Positions 1-16,194 of a DNA stretch of 64,000 bases are shown here, in pieces. The notes under the pieces are model-generated. The model saw nothing but the letters and a program-made list of their open reading frames with translations. It ran no database searches and was not told where the DNA came from. A program made the position numbers and the translations under genes. The DNA is from Microbotryum violaceum (taxonomy: Eukaryota). The stretch covers positions 1,612,001-1,676,000 of the forward strand of contig CDLV01000008.1 in NCBI GenBank assembly GCA_001244265.2. The letters are read 5' to 3'. Each line of letters begins with the position of its first letter. The first letter of the stretch is position 1.

Positions 1-39
1 CATTACCTCGCCGTGCTCGCCTCGTCGCCGTTCGCTCAG

Positions 40-3000
40 GGCTTGCTGGGCATGCTCAAGGAGATCCAGACGCCGACCCATGTCAGCGAGTACAAGGGCA
101 AGACCTTGGCCGTGGATGCCTATGTAAGCACTGGAGCTGGCTGCGGGTGACGTCGCGTCGCGTGGGGGCTCGGGCAACTGATGACGGCGTCGAGCTTGTT
201 TGTCCGTTCCCGTTCGGTTCGGTTCGGTTCGCAGGTGTGGCTCCATCGCGGCGCGTACGGGTGCGCTCAAGAGCTCGCGACCGGCGTCACCACACTCAAG
301 TGAGCATCAAATACCTCTGCTGGGGATGCAGAATCGACTGCTTCAGCTCGTTCCGATCGCCCTCGCTCCGCAGATACGTCAACTACGCGATGCACCGTGT
401 GCGCATGCTCAAGCATTACGGCGTCACGCCCCTGATCGTCTTTGACGGCGGCTACCTCCCGAGCAAGATGGGCACAGAGGAAGAGCGAGAGAAGTGGGTC
501 AACGATGAATATAGATATATACATGGAGCCCTACGGCATTCAATAACACTCGTGAACGTGGTTGCCACCCTCGCAGTCGTCGAAACGAAGCTCTCGCCAA
601 GGCCAACGCGTGTCTCGCCGAGGGCAAGCTCACCCAAGCTCGAGAAGCGTTCGTCAAGGCCGTCGACGTCACACCGGCCATGGCCTATCAACTCATCAAG
701 GTCAGTCTCAGCATTTCGCTGCTTGGTGTGGGCTCATTCAGCCGGTGCACTTGCTGACTCTTGCTTCCTTCCGTCGCGATCTCGATCCGGGCATCTGCTC
801 ACATGACGTCTGGGTAGGCTCTCCGACGCGAAGGAGTCGAGGTTGGTTTTGGCGTCGTCCTCACGTAGCAAGTCAGACTGGAGAGATTGACACGTGCATA
901 TTTAACCAACAGTACATTGTCGCACCTTACGAAGCGGATCCCCAACTAGCCTACCTTGAACGCGAAGGCATCGTCGACGGCATCATCACCGAGGATTCCG
1001 ATCTGCTCATCTTTGGCTGCCGCACGGTCCTGTTCAAGCTCGACGGCGACGGACACTGCGTCGCGATCGAGCGCGCCCGCTTCTCGCAGTGTCGAGAGTA
1101 CAATTTTGCCGGGTGGGGCGACAACGACTTCCGCCACATGGCCATTCTCAGCGGATGCGACTACCTCCACAGCGTCGTTGGACTCGGGTTAAAGACGGCG
1201 TACCGGATGCTGAAAAGGTACAAGACTCCCGAAAAGGTCCGTCTTCCGCCGCGGTCATTTGTTGGAGGTGTCGATACTAACCTCTGAGTGTGACGACGCA
1301 GGTTATTCAATTCGTGCGACTCGAGGGCAACCTCACCGTCCCTCGCGACTACCTCGAACAGTTCAAGCGTGCCGAAATGACCTTCCTGCACCAACGAATC
1401 TTCTGCCCGATAGCTCGCGCGCTCGTCCATTTCACCCCTCTCCCTCCGGGTATCACCGACGCCGCGACCGAAATGCCCTTTGTCGGAGCTCCCTTGGACG
1501 AAGATGTGGCGCAGCGATTGGCCGAAGGGGAGATCGACCCCATCACCAAGGAACCGATCGTCGACCTCAATCCGAGCCAAGTCCCCGCCGACTTTGACCC
1601 CGATATGCTGCAGGGTGGAAGCAAGGGCAAGACGGAGTTCTCGTACCAGCGCAAGGCGGCGGCTCCGGTCTCAGTTGCGAGAGGCAAGAGCTCGATTCTC
1701 AACTTTTTCAAGAAGGAAGTTGTCCCCTCGACGTCCAAGACGGACGGTGCAAAGCCCAAGCTCGGGAACAGGTCAGTGACTGCGACGGTGGAAACGGCCG
1801 TGACCGAGGAAAAGTTGCTCGGCGGTAAAGTCAGTCGGTTCTTTGGTGGAGGTAGCAAGAAGGGCAAGGAGAAGACGGTCGAGATCGATGAGGATGAAGA
1901 AGCCATGATCATTGACGAGGCGCAGGAAGCGGAGTTTGAGAAGGTAGCAAGAGGCGACGATTCCGACGACGATGACAAGGAAGGGATGGCGGCGATGCGC
2001 GAATGCGAGATGGAGACCGGTGCGCGGACGGAGTCGCTCACGGCACCACGCCAAGACGAGCCACTGCCTCTACCTCCTTCGACCCCTGATTGCATGTTCA
2101 GTCCCTCCCCGACGCCAGCGCAGGCCCGGGACAAAGCGCGCCATATCTCTTCGCCACCAAGGGATGTCGGCGTGAGCAGTCCCCCTCCCATCGACGAGAA
2201 CGAAGATATCGAAACCCCTCATCAAGATGACGAGATCGACGACGACTTACTCCCGCCCCTCCCTGCCCTTTCTGATGACGACACGATGCATGAAGACGAC
2301 GACGACGATGCGGACGTTATGTCCAGTCCCGTCACCTCGCCAGTTCACACCAAGGTTATCTCGAGGCTACCCTCTCGCTTTGCACTAAAGGGCCAGACAC
2401 TACCGAGCAAGAAGGTAGTGGACTCGATTGACAAAACGTTTGATCTCTCTTCGGATCCGATCGGCCCGTCGTCCGAGCTCGACGGGGAAGCGACGCCTCG
2501 CCCGCGCGCCAACACAGGATTCAAGATTTACGAGGACGTCAAACCGACCCTCGCCGGGCCTTTGAACAAGAAGAAACGACCATCCCAAGAGCGCGTCGAA
2601 GAAGAGGTCGAGAGCGAGCAAACGACTGTCGCGGCGGTGATTGGGTCCATGTGGAGATCCAAGTACATGTTGCCCGTGGGCAACAACAAGGCGATGAAGA
2701 TGTCGACGCCGATTGCTGCGCTTTCGGGACCCAAGCCGATCTCGCGTACGTTCACAAGCGTTAACAAGAAGGTATCGTCGTCATCCAAGGGTGCCACGTC
2801 GTCGACGACCGTCAAGCAGACCTCTTCGACGTCCAAATCGACGCCCACACCGGCGCGTGTCCCGCTTTTGCCGCGCAAGATGAACCGAGTCCCTGCTCCG
2901 CCTTCCGTCTCATCCTCACCTGCTCTGCCCAAGCCTCTGTCATCCGGAAGCTCGACTCTGACGACCTCAGTATCGGTGTCGACGTTCACATTCGAGCACA

Positions 3001-3119
3001 AGTCGTCGTCGCCGGTGATGATCACAAACCCGTCGCTCCTCAAGTGGAGATTTCAAGGCGCGGTGAGAGGGAATCGTCCCTCGGGCCCGCATCCGATCGA
3101 ACAACAAGAGGATGCGTGA
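40..3119 (+). CDS. EXO1: Exonuclease 1 (XPG/FEN1 family), multi-exon; first coding exon lies upstream of the window
   Basis: Spliced exons (about 40-123, 235-299, 374-492, 577-700, 818-841, 913-1236, 1302-3119) read GLLGML..KTLAVDAY/VWLHRGAY/..LIVFDGGYLPSK/..VDVTPAMAYQLIK/ALRREGVE/YIVAPYEADPQLAYL..ITEDSDLL..ILSGCDYL. These are XPG-N, XPG-I and H3TH motifs, followed by a long disordered tail. Confidence 0.93.
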
Positions 3120-3324
3120 AATTTGGCTCCCCTCTCTTCGGTGCATCCCGTTGTGATTCGGTTTTGGTTTCCCTCGTTTCACTTGTCGAGTTTCATATAT
3201 GGTTATTGGTCATTCGTACACTGTTGTAACCCCCTCGCACTTGTCTAAATGCATGCAATGTGCTCGCCTTCAACGCTCGCTCGTCCTTCGGTTTAGACCC
3301 CGACTACAGGGCCATTGACCTCCT

Positions 3325-4383
3325 TCAATCTTCATCCTGCATCGGATCATCTTCCAAGCCTGGCCCATCGTCGGCGTCTTCATCGAGCTCTTCCTCGTCA
3401 TCGACGACTTCGTCCTCTTCGTCGTCCGGTCCCAAGTCAATCTGATCCTCGTCCTCGTCCTCGGTCTGATACGGGTCCTGTTCGGCAGCTTCCTCGTCCT
3501 CTCCCAAAGATCCAACACCATTGGGTTCGACGACCTGCAGAGCAGCGGCAGCTTCGACCTCGTTCTCGGCCTGTTGAGCGGCGGCGACCGTCTTTCTCGT
3601 CGTCCTCGTCTTTCGAGCCGGTTCCTCGGACCCTGCCCCGACCGGCACCGCGATCGGTCCTGCTGCAGCTGAGCTAGGTTTGGAAGTTGTAGGTCTGACG
3701 ACGCCATTCTTCTTGTCCTCGACGTTCTTGCGGAAGGCGCGCAGGTGCACGGCGAGATACTTGTTGAGCGCCTGCTGGTCGTCCCAGCCGAGTTCCTTGA
3801 TCGCTTCGAGGACGTGCGTCGCGCTGATGGTTTTTTGGTTCTTTTCGTGCGCCGCGTCGTGGGAGCTGCGCGGGGATTGAGCCAAGTTGAGCTTAGTAAA
3901 ATTTTGGAGGTTTGAAGCTCTCGCCGGCGTCAGGGAACAGCTTGGGGTGGGGGGTCAGTCGATAGGGCTGGCTTGCGGACGTACAGAGCTGCGAGGTAAT
4001 TTATGAATATGGTACTGGATTTGACGAGGGCCAAGGGCATCTCCCGTTGTAGCTGAACGCCCGCGGGGACCTGGGTGAGGGTTATCATACGCAAGGGCGT
4101 TAGAGCTGTTGTGTGTTGAACTCGACGACTGAACTGGCCATACCGAAGCTTTGGCTATCCGAGTGACTGCGAGATAGGGGAGGAGGTGGGTGAGCAGTTG
4201 AAGGGACCGAGTGCTTGCTCAAGAGTACAGACCAAGTGCTTTGGGCAATTCAAACTGAGCGAGTCCGAGCGTGTCGGCGCTCGAAGCATTAGCAGCAGCA
4301 TCGTCGGTCGTCGTCGTCGTGGGGTTCGACGTGGCGGCGGCAGCAACGGCGGCAGCTCCAGGGACGGATGCCTTGCGTGGCAT
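3325..4383 (-). CDS. DPB4: Histone-fold protein, DNA polymerase epsilon subunit Dpb4/POLE3-like, multi-exon
   Basis: ATG at 4383 (MPRKAS..), then FELPKALV/..VQLQREMPLALVKSSTIFINYLAAL/SHDAAHEKNQKTISATHVLEAIKELGW (H2B-like histone fold) and an acidic C-terminal tail. Confidence 0.8.
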
Positions 4384-4674
4384 GATTGGGGACAGAGTGG
4401 GGACAGAGTGGGGACGAGGGGAGCGTCGACGCGTCGGAAGCGCGTGACAGCCGAGCGCGTGGAAGCGAAAATGACGATATACTTGTGACGATTTGTCGAT
4501 TTTTGATTAGGACGATCCACGGCCGGGCTGCACACGCGGGGCGACTCCTCCTTGCCGAGCCTTGCCGTGCCACCCCGCTCCCTGGGCCCTGTGCGCTCAG
4601 CTAGCTCAGCTCCAGGGCGAATTCTGGCTCATGACCGCCGCTCAAGCCGAAGAAGGAGAGCATCAGCTGCGAAT

Positions 4675-6719
4675 ATGACGACACCACTTGCCTCCGCAGC
4701 CGCCGTCGCCGTCGATTCGGTGCTCACGGACCGCATCAAGCCACTGCTGGCCACATATGATCCCACCACGACCACGGCAACGACATCGGTGAGTTCATCT
4801 TGGGGCCCTTCTCCAACTTGTCCCCCCCCCCAGCTGAGCCCGCCTCTTCTCTCGCAGGACCGCTCCTTGCTCGTCTCGCTCGCCGGTCAAGTCGACCACG
4901 CCTTGCCCGACTCTGCAGCGACTCTGGTCCAATCTCGACTGCCGCATGAGCTTTTGATCACCATTTCCGCCCTTTTAAAGTTCCCGCCTTCCGAGGAACA
5001 GGACCAAGACACGCAAGGTCTGTCGCTGGCCACCTGCTGCCCAAGTCGCACGGCGCGAGAACTCATGCGGGACCTCTCCTTCCATTTGTCACAGCAGATG
5101 TGACCTTGACGAAGGTCAATCGGCACCATGAACCGCTCTTGCGCATCTCGTCATCAATAGCCGCATGTTTAATACATACCGAGGACCAGATTAACTCCAG
5201 CCTCTCCGAGACAGTCGCTGTCCGAGCTCGCTTGATCATGGTTTTCGCAAAGTTCAGCCATCAAGACCCGGCAGCACCGAGGCTATGTACGGCACAAGCT
5301 GTCGAGTATGCTACTGGTAAGTTTTCTCGCCCTCTAGAGCCTCGAACCCAACTTGACCCCGCCCCATTATCAGCAACCTTGAGCCACCTCCTCTCGAACC
5401 CACCCACACTCCGACTCCCCATCCTCGACCACCTCCTCTCCAAACTATTGCCGCCGATATTCAAGCCCCATCCTCATATCAACCCCACAACTGGGAGAGC
5501 CGTCGCTCGACCTGCAGGAGGCGTCAATGCTCTACTAGACTGGTTCGATTCGAATCGGAATCATTCCACTGGCGATGGCACTGGCGCTTCGGACTGGCGC
5601 ATCGATGTGGGGTTGCACAATGTCGTGCGGTTCGTGGTCGCATCCCTGGAGGTACGTCACTGAACCGTGTTCCGATTTCTGGACGACTACTGATCATCCT
5701 GCCTTCGGCGCATTACGTCTGCAGAAGGAAGACATCGAATCAAGATGGCATCTCGTCCTCCCTCCTCTACTGACCTACCTCGACGACTACTCGCCCCTCA
5801 ACAAACTCTTGGGTGTCGATCTCCTCTCCGCCTTACTCGAACGTACGAGCGTTCCACTTTTGACCAAGACCGGTGTCGGCAAAGTGTTTTCGACGGTGCG
5901 TAAAAAGAACTTGGCGCGCTGCGAAGCACCCGCGAGCTGATGCAAAGATCGGCTCGATCCTCCAGTCCCTCGACGCCTGTCTCTCCTCCCTCTCCTCCCC
6001 TTACTCCCCTTCCCTCCTTCTCAAAACCCACCAAGTCTACCTCACCCTCCTACACCAAACCTACCCTGCCCCTTCCCCCACCCAAGCATCCTCCCAAGCC
6101 CATCTCCCCCTCCTCCAACTCGGTATCATCAGGGTATGGGAATTTCACCCCTCCCATATCGCTTTGTTTAAAGCCACGATCGAGGGATTGGGACCTTTGT
6201 TGAGGTCCAAGGGATTTGGAGCGATGGGGACGATCAGGTTCTTGGGTGTGCTGGTGCCGCATCTGGTCGGGGTCTTGGAGACAAGTTGTAGGACGACGAT
6301 CGGAGCTGGCATTCGGACAGGAAGAGGTTTGGGCGAAGGGAATCGGGAGGTCATCGAGTATGCTCTGAGGGGGCTGAAGGAGGTGGTGGGGAATGCCGAG
6401 GAACGGATTAGGGAGAGTGCAAAGTGGAAGGGGATGGTGTTGATGCAACTGGGGAAGACTTGGGTCGTCACAAGGGAGGATGAGGAGGCGCAGGGGGACA
6501 AGGGGGAAAAGGAGGAGCTGGAAACGTTGTTGAGGGAACTTATGGCAATGATTGGCGATGAGGTCGGTCCCCGAAGTGATCATGCTTCCGCCGCGTCTAC
6601 GTTCAGGTAGCTGATTCCCGCGGTATCGTGTTTCTTGATCCCGACAGACTGATCAACAACGTTTCCTCGAGCTCGACGAGGACATGTTCGCACCCCTATT
6701 CGCCAATGACAACCCATGA
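4675..6719 (+). CDS. TTI2: TTT complex subunit Tti2-like (HEAT/ARM repeat), multi-exon
   Basis: Motifs PIFKPHPHINPTTGRAVARPAGG and WHLVLPPLLTYLDDY..KLLGV..LLTKTGVGKVF resemble fungal Tti2. GT-AG introns link the ORF pieces, and the last exon ends ..APLFANDNP*. Confidence 0.7.
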
Positions 6720-7068
6720 TCCACGAAACATCGTATGCGGAGAATAGTATTGCAACCTAATCGACCCAAAAACAATAACCAAAAAACGAGAAGATCAAAC
6801 GAACCCTTCTACGTGTCTCTTGACTCTCCCCGGGCGAAGACGAGAATGGAACCGATGCGGTGAGAAATGGATTAAATGGAACGACGAGAGACGAGAGACG
6901 AAAGAGATGGCCCAAAGTGAGGAAAATGGAAGATGCGAGATCAAGCAAAGCTGAGAGAAACGAAACAAGTCAAAAGGCACAAGCCGATGGGACGAAATAT
7001 GTAGATCCGAACAGGGATGAACATTCTGACGAAGAGCGAAGGAGAAAGACGCATTCGCAGGAACAACA

Positions 7069-9179
<2,111 letters not shown>

Positions 9180-10420
9180 CTGTGTTGCCAATGCCACAAC
9201 ACCAAATTCTGGAGCGGGAGGCTCACAAGGGTTCGATGTCGAAGCGGGCTGGGGTACAGAGGCACGTGCTACGGCTGCAGACGCCATCGTGTCGTTCGGT
9301 TCTCACCGCTGGGTCGTGGCGCGACGGGTCCGGGTCGGCGGGGTGGGGCGTCGCAGGGCAACTGAGCGAGCAAATGATCTGGTGACGTCAACAGGCTGGA
9401 GGGCGAAATACCAAGTACCCGTGGGGTCGACGAGCTGTGGTAGGAGCACTTAAGAGGGCAGAGTAAGGGAACAAGCTGCACGACAACGAGCGTTGCGTTC
9501 GAAATCACCGCCCGCACCCTCGAGTCGAGAGTCGCTGCTCATCAATGGTCGCTCCACAAGCGCCGCCGCCGGTGCTGCGCTCAGGCTCCCCCTTGTTCAA
9601 CCGCTTCACGTCCAGGTTCGTCAGGAGGCTCGAGCGTCGGGTCCGGGTTAGACGCGTCGCCACAACACGTTGATGAGCATCGCAGCACTAGTGACCACTA
9701 ACGTCCCGTCGTGGACTTTTATTCGTTTTTTGTTGTGTTTTTTTGTTTCGTGTGTTGTACCATCTACTCATTTTAACTGCACGCCATGCGGCCGAAGCAA
9801 GGTTTTACCCGCCAGCAACCGTCGACGTGGTCTGAGACATTCAAGTCGCGCTCATCTCGATGTGGGGGCTGGGACGAGCACCCGCGTCGGGAAACCTTTC
9901 TCGATGAAGCATGGGGTTTTGCTTACTCGCCATCTACGATATCTAGGATCTAAGGAAATCGCAAGAACGACAAAAGTCAGAGGTCGTACCAGCTCGGCGA
10001 TAGCTCCAGTCTCAAGTACTCGGACCACGCTCGGCGATGGGGAGCGACAGCGGGAGCAAAGCGGGGAGACGTCGGCTCAAAGAAAGGGAACCCTGCTCTC
10101 AGCTCGAGCCTTCAGCTTCAAACGCTTGCGCTCCCACGCTACGAAATTAAAGTTTTGGACCCACTCAGATCAGATTTGCAGAGTGGTATGCCATATGATG
10201 ATGTTCGATGCAGGTACTGCATCGTCCCAAAGTATCGAGTCATCTTTGCCACAGAGTATCATGCACAGCTATCATGTGAAAATCCCCACTCCGCCGAGCC
10301 TCAAGCACAATTCCGACTGGTGAAGGTGCTGCTCATAGAGTCGGTTTGACGTCCGGATTCGGATTAAGTGATGACTCGAGATGGCACTCGAGCCCTCGTG
10401 CCTCGCACACAATCTACAGG

Positions 10421-11411
10421 TCATCCCCTAGACCCTTCGAGGAACGCTAAGGTGACCCGGCGCTTCCTCTCCTGGGTTCTCAGTAACCCCCCGTCCTCGG
10501 GCTCCTGCGACAACCCCCTGGCACGGGGCAAGAGTTCGGATCTGGAAGCATAGGCCCGCTTCATCGAGATGCAGATATGGCAGTAATGGAGGTGGGCGTC
10601 CTCCGCCGCGTCGATGGCCGTCCTTAAGTCTTGGACGCGGGCGAGTCCGTGGGCCTCGGAGAGGACGGCGATGCGAACGTACAGGTGCTTGAGAGTTGGG
10701 ACAGCCTTAGAAGTGACCTCTAGCCGATCTACGAAAGCCTCGATGTGCACCATGTCGATCGCACGGAGCAGATTTAGGCTGAGCTTGGCAAGCTAACTGC
10801 ACAAGTGGATCCGCTTGACCAAAGCTAAGAGAGGACCATAGTTGTGGTCGGACCAAACCCAAGGAAGAAGAGCTCTTCCAGATCTGCACCACCAAGGTAA
10901 GACCTCCCGTGAGCTGAACCCGCTTGATTTAGCACAAAATTAGACCGCCTCATTCTCGTTGACCTTCTATTGAGCGTGTCGACCAGTTCCTCCTCCTAGG
11001 GAAGGGAGCACGGTAAACCTGGGAGTGTCTAGAGACCTCGACAATCTCGATGGTGCTGACGGAGCTAGCGCAGGGTTCCTTCTACTTCCTTGGCGAGTTG
11101 AGGGCTTCAGATGGCCAAGGAGCAATGAAGTTAGAACCCTGACGGGGTATAGCACCGCTGAGCTCGACTTGATGAACAGACCTACCTGAGGCTCATCCTT
11201 GAGGCGTACGATAATGCACACTGCAGCCGGTGTTGGAACGAGCACGCCACGTACGGCAGACCAATGCACCGCGACAAAGATCGGGGCGAACCTCACGAAT
11301 CGTCTTGAGGTCGATTCCGTCCGAGACACATGATCCGATCATAATAAAGACCTCGACGGGTATCCGGCGCGCGCTTGCGAATTCGGACACTGATTGACCA
11401 TTTCGAGTCAT
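10421..11411 (-). pseudogene. Possible degenerate F-box-like gene
   Basis: RRIPVEVFIMI..DLCRGALVCRTWR resembles an F-box motif. The frame breaks soon after, and downstream coding-like segments (10421-10895) cannot be confidently spliced to it. Confidence 0.35.
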
Positions 11412-12288
11412 CGCAACAGGGAACACCATGCGGCGGCGGGGCCCAAGCATAGGGTTTGGGTGTGGGTGTGGAGGCGCCGACGAGTGAGATATAGATTTCT
11501 AAAAAAAGCGCCCTTGGGTCACTGGGGAAGGGAGTGCATCGGAGAGGGTTTTGCCCGGCTGATGCGATCGCGCGGCGGTGACACGGCCAAACTCAGGATC
11601 TCAGGAGCCTATCCAACTCTCGCGCCGCGCGCGTCGAGGAAGCTCGAGCGCAGCGCACCGCGCACCGCGACCCCCAAGTTATTTCACTTAGTACCGTACC
11701 AAAGTATTGTTTGTCCAACCCTGCGGGTCTGTTTGTTTCGGCCCAGCCTCCACCACTTCGCCAGAGCTTACCTGCCCTACCGCTTGCATTTTGCAAACCC
11801 CTCGGTAGTACGTGAAGCGGAACTATAAGCTATGCGCCTCTGTATGGAAAGTAGCGAGGGAAACTTGGAGAATTTTTCGTCCTTTTAACTCTCGAAGAAT
11901 TTTGAACCTTCTCTCCAGATTTTAGAAGCAGCACAATGATGGCAGCGGGGGCAAAGGCTGTGCCTAGGTCCCAAAGATAATCAGACTTTTCGAGCTGAAG
12001 GACCCTCAAGGCCACTTCTCTCCCTCGAGTTTATCGTGAAATCTGCTCGGTGATTTGCAAGTTGGGCTTGAGAAACAGGGAAACACGCCGACCACACACA
12101 CTGTACCAGCTCAAGGGGAAGCTCGAGAAAGAAACGCGCCAAAAGAAGAAGAAACAGGAAGGGTAGGACGATTAAACGACTGCAAAGGAAAAACCCAAGA
12201 AAAAGATGACCATGATAGACAGAAAAGAACCATGTTCGGTTCACGGATGCCAAGGCACAAGAAAACTCCTGCTTTTGCTGTTTTTTCT

Positions 12289-14038
12289 TCACGGGAGCGA
12301 GTTCTCGTAGTCGAGGAGGGGCTTGAGGTCGGCCAACAACTTCTCGCCGTCACCGGAGAAAGGGAGGATCGGGCGACGGGGCTCGCCACCGTAGCCGTGG
12401 AGCTTGCTCAAGACGTATTTGGATCCAGCGATTCCAACCTGTGTTAGAAGAAGCGCCAACGTTCAAGTCAGCTCGGAACGCTTTGAACGGCCAGGCGACG
12501 GGGAAGAAGGCTGACCTTGCACATGGTCCAGTCACCGTTCGAGACGATTACCTGGAGCTCCTTGGCAGCGGCGAGGTCCTTGGCAGATCCGTTTAAACCT
12601 GACTCTGTAAGGTTGAAAAGCTTCATGCACGATTTCTGCAAGCAGAGAAGAAAAAGCGTCCACATCAAACAAAGAGGTCCGCGGTGCAGGCTCGGAGACT
12701 TTCAATCCCAGAACTTACAGGAGCGACGTTGCCAAGACCGGTGATGCAACCGGCACCGTTGAGCAACATGGCGGGGGCAAGAAAGTCGACGAAACCACCG
12801 AGGACTAGGAAGTCGGGGCGGAGGTTCACCAATCGGGTGAGCTTGCCGACACTTCCGCATGTGAGTTTGATGCCGACAATGTTGGGGGAACCCTTGGCCA
12901 CTATTGAAGGGGATAGACATCGATGGGGTCAGTTTTGTGGGGCTGGGGTCCGACACTTCTGAACCATGAGCACTCACTGGCAATGATGGTGTCGGTGTCG
13001 AGATCGATACCGGCCGAGGCACCGGGGTAGTTGTAGATGATGATCTTTCACAAGGGTTGAGAATTGCGGATGAGCATGATAACGCAGATACGTGAAATTT
13101 TTCTTCCCCCGCACCAACTCACGGGAATAGGACTCGCGGCAGCGACCTCGGCGAAGTAGGTCTTGAGGGCATCCTTGCTAAGGGCACCGACAAAGTATCC
13201 TGAGCACGTGTAACGCAATGAAAGGCGCCCTTTGTCAGCGTCAGAAAGCAGCGGAGATTGAGCTCTGCTCAAAACTGACCAGGGCTGATGACCATGGCGT
13301 AGTCGGCGCCGGCCTCGGCGGCCTCGCGGGTCAACTCGATCGTCTCTCGAGTTGAGGAAGCGGCGGTGCCGATGATGAGGGGCACCGACGAGAGGTTGTT
13401 CTCGTCCAAAGCCTCCCTGGCGGCCTTGACGATGGTGTTGCGTTCGGTATGGTCCAGGTGGACGGCTGGGAAGAACGCGAGCCAGGTCATAAAGGTCAGT
13501 TACGGCAGCCCCCGCTCCTTTCTGGGCAAGAGACGGCGCGAACGAGCCGACCGACTCCGCCTGCCGGCTCAGTCACTCGATACATCGCACAGAAAGGTCG
13601 ATAGGATTATGCTGAACAACTCACCTTCACCCATAGAGCCCAAAGCAACGAGTCCAACTGTACAAGATCATCATATCGGCAGCATGGTCAGCCGGACTTC
13701 TGGGCTTAACAGCGGAAGCGACGTGGGCATCCCGGCAGCAACGGGCCGGGCAAGCGCCCAGCGCGCAAGCCGGGGCGGTGGAGGCAAGGGATCGGCAGGG
13801 GCTGACGCAGAGGGAGTACGTGATGCAACACATACCACCGGCACTGGCGATGTTGACGGCATGCTTCTTGAAGGTAGGAATGTCGAGGTCCTGGGAGTCG
13901 GGCAGGAAGAAGGTGTTGAGCGGGGCGTAGACGCCTCGGAGGAAGGACTTGGTAGTAGCTGAATGTGCCAGGGGGTAGTCAGCGAGGTGGGTAAGTTGAT
14001 ATGGGCACGGTAGGTAGCGGGTACTCACCGTGAGGCAT
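12289..14038 (-). CDS. DHDPS/NAL-family class I aldolase, probably L-threo-3-deoxy-hexulosonate aldolase (GaaC/Lga1-like), multi-exon
   Basis: GVYAPLNTFF, LGSMGE, AAEAGADYAMVISP, IIIYNYPGASAGIDL, Schiff-base Lys in NIVGIKLTCG, and GCITGLGNVAP. Confidence 0.88.
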
Positions 14039-14537
14039 GATGTGCAAGTTGACTTTCGTGAAAAGTGGGGACAAGATTCTTGGAAGATGGACGCAAAGGA
14101 AAGAAGAGGGCTCCGGCCAAAAGTACGGGGTCAAAGGTCGGGTTCGGGCGTCGCTCGAATTAAAAAAGCGCCGATACTGCCGTGGGCTCGGGTGGGGTGC
14201 CTGAGGCGATCGTACGCAACGCCTCTGTTGCCGAGGGCTCCACTGAAAAAGCTGAGCCTGGTTGGCAAGGGGGCACCACTGCTGAGCGCTGAGCAGCCGG
14301 CGCCGCGTCGGACCAATGTTGGAGCGACGCTGAGCGACGGCACGCTCGGCATCGGAGCCGGCCGTGAGATCGTGAGACGCTTGAGGCCTTGAGGGGCTGC
14401 ATGTATGCACTCCCCACGCGCCGGTTCGCGGCAGCACGGCAGGGTGCCTTTCGGCAGCCCTCGCAGCGTCACAGTGCTGATCCGGCCCCCATCCACGGCT
14501 CCCCTCGAAACGACGGATCGAGGTCATCGCGATCATC

Positions 14538-16194
14538 ATGGCTTCGTCGTCGTCGTCGCGATTGGGGATATGCCAGACGTGTAACGTCACCGCGGCTCGT
14601 TACAGCTGCCCCGCGTGCCAGTTCCCTTCGTGTTCGCTTGGGTGCTCGACTTCGCACAAGGTCCGCCTCGATTGCTCGGGCATCGCGCCGCCTGTGTGGT
14701 CGCTGCCCCTCAAGGCCAGCGACATGTCCTGGGGACCGTTGATGCGTGACCAGTCCTACATCGCCTCGGTCAGCAGAAAGTCCGAACACATCGGCCGCCA
14801 GTTGGTCAAGGACAAGCTCATCCCTTCGCTGCGTGCGAACGACGGCGACCAGCGACTCGACAATCGCAATGACCGCGAGAACAAGATGGTCTATGAAGCG
14901 AGGAAGCAAGGCGTTGACCTGGTGCTCCTGCCCAAGGGGATGACCAGGAGGGTCAAAAATGCGTCAAGGTGGGATCCCAAGTAAGTTCACTCAAGCCACG
15001 CGGGTAACGTCTCCGTGAAGAGCTCTGCTCACCCAATATAATCGATCCGGCCCCACAATCAACAGATCGCTGAGGATGGAATGGGTTCTCGACATGATCT
15101 TTCAGTCGAACCCTGCACCTGCATCTCCGTCCAGCTCTTCGCCTGCACCTGCACCTCCGACGACCTACACGACCGGGCCTCAACCCTCGACCTCGACATT
15201 GCACGCCGCGCTCTCGGCCGCATTCGCACAACGCGACAAGAAGAGCAAGAACAAAAAGCTGAACCAGGAGGACCAAGATTGGATAGCATTGCAAAAGAAG
15301 TGGCTCGCGTCGTTCCAACCCATCGAGATCGAACCCGCGCCATCATGCGAGCCGCCGCCGCCGCCGACCGGTGGAGCTGCGATCGAAGCTACTTCCTCCC
15401 AAGTCGCGCCAGGACCTGTTACACAAGTGGAAGGGCGGGAAGACAGCGTTACTTTGGTTCCATTCACAACAAGCGCCAGGCAGACAGACGACGTAGTACC
15501 ATCCTTGCTCGAAGAGGATGCCGCCGCTGACGCGCTGGGCGAGGATGACGACGAGTACGAAGCCGACGAGGAGGTCGACGAATCCCCTTTCATCCTGCTC
15601 CTCTCCCTGTTCACGCGACCCCCCGAACCCCTCGGGTCCCCGTCCGAAGAAGACCACGATGGCCATGCTCCTCCGCAAACGCATCATCCGACGCCAGCAG
15701 TCAGAGCCTTGACCAATGTGACGCCTCGCCGAGTTTTTGTCATTTCGCCCCACCTCCCTTCGCTGCAGAGTGCGCTTGTCGGCGCCACGATCCTCGAATG
15801 CCCGTGCTTCGAGCTGTGGAGCCGTGAAGCTTTCCTGAGGGCGCGGTTGCAAGGCAAGATCCGAGTTGTTGACCAACCGCGATCACTGGAAGGGGTGCAA
15901 CAACCGGACTCGGGTGGCCGATGGGAGAGGGGTCGAGGCAGAAGCGGAGGCCGAGGGAGAGGCGGGAGGGGCGGGCGAGGAAGGGGAGGATCGAGTCAGC
16001 GAGGCTTTGGGAGTACGAGCGGGCGAGGTCGTAGGGGCGGTGGCGGTGGCGGTGGAGACGGTCGCGACGGTCACCCGCGAAGGGAAGAGGGGTCTGCCAT
16101 GAGTCGTGGGCCCGATAATGGCTGGGGCAAGCGCGCGGCCGCCGCCTCGGGGCACGACAAAGGTGGGTCGATGCCAAAGAAGGCCAGAGAATAA
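14538..16194 (+). CDS. BCD1: Box C/D snoRNP assembly factor Bcd1-like (zf-HIT), 2 exons, RGG-rich tail
   Basis: N-terminal CxxC..YSCPAC..SCSLGCxxxHKxxxxCSG zf-HIT, LMRDQSYI, LLPKGMTRRVKNASRW, LVGATILECP. Intron about 14981-15065. Confidence 0.8.

Noticed and set aside
9500-10350. 217-aa ORF at 9670-10323 or a pheromone precursor gene
   Set aside because: No ATG-led coding signal, tandem peptide repeats or CAAX end seen; likely the MAPK upstream region.
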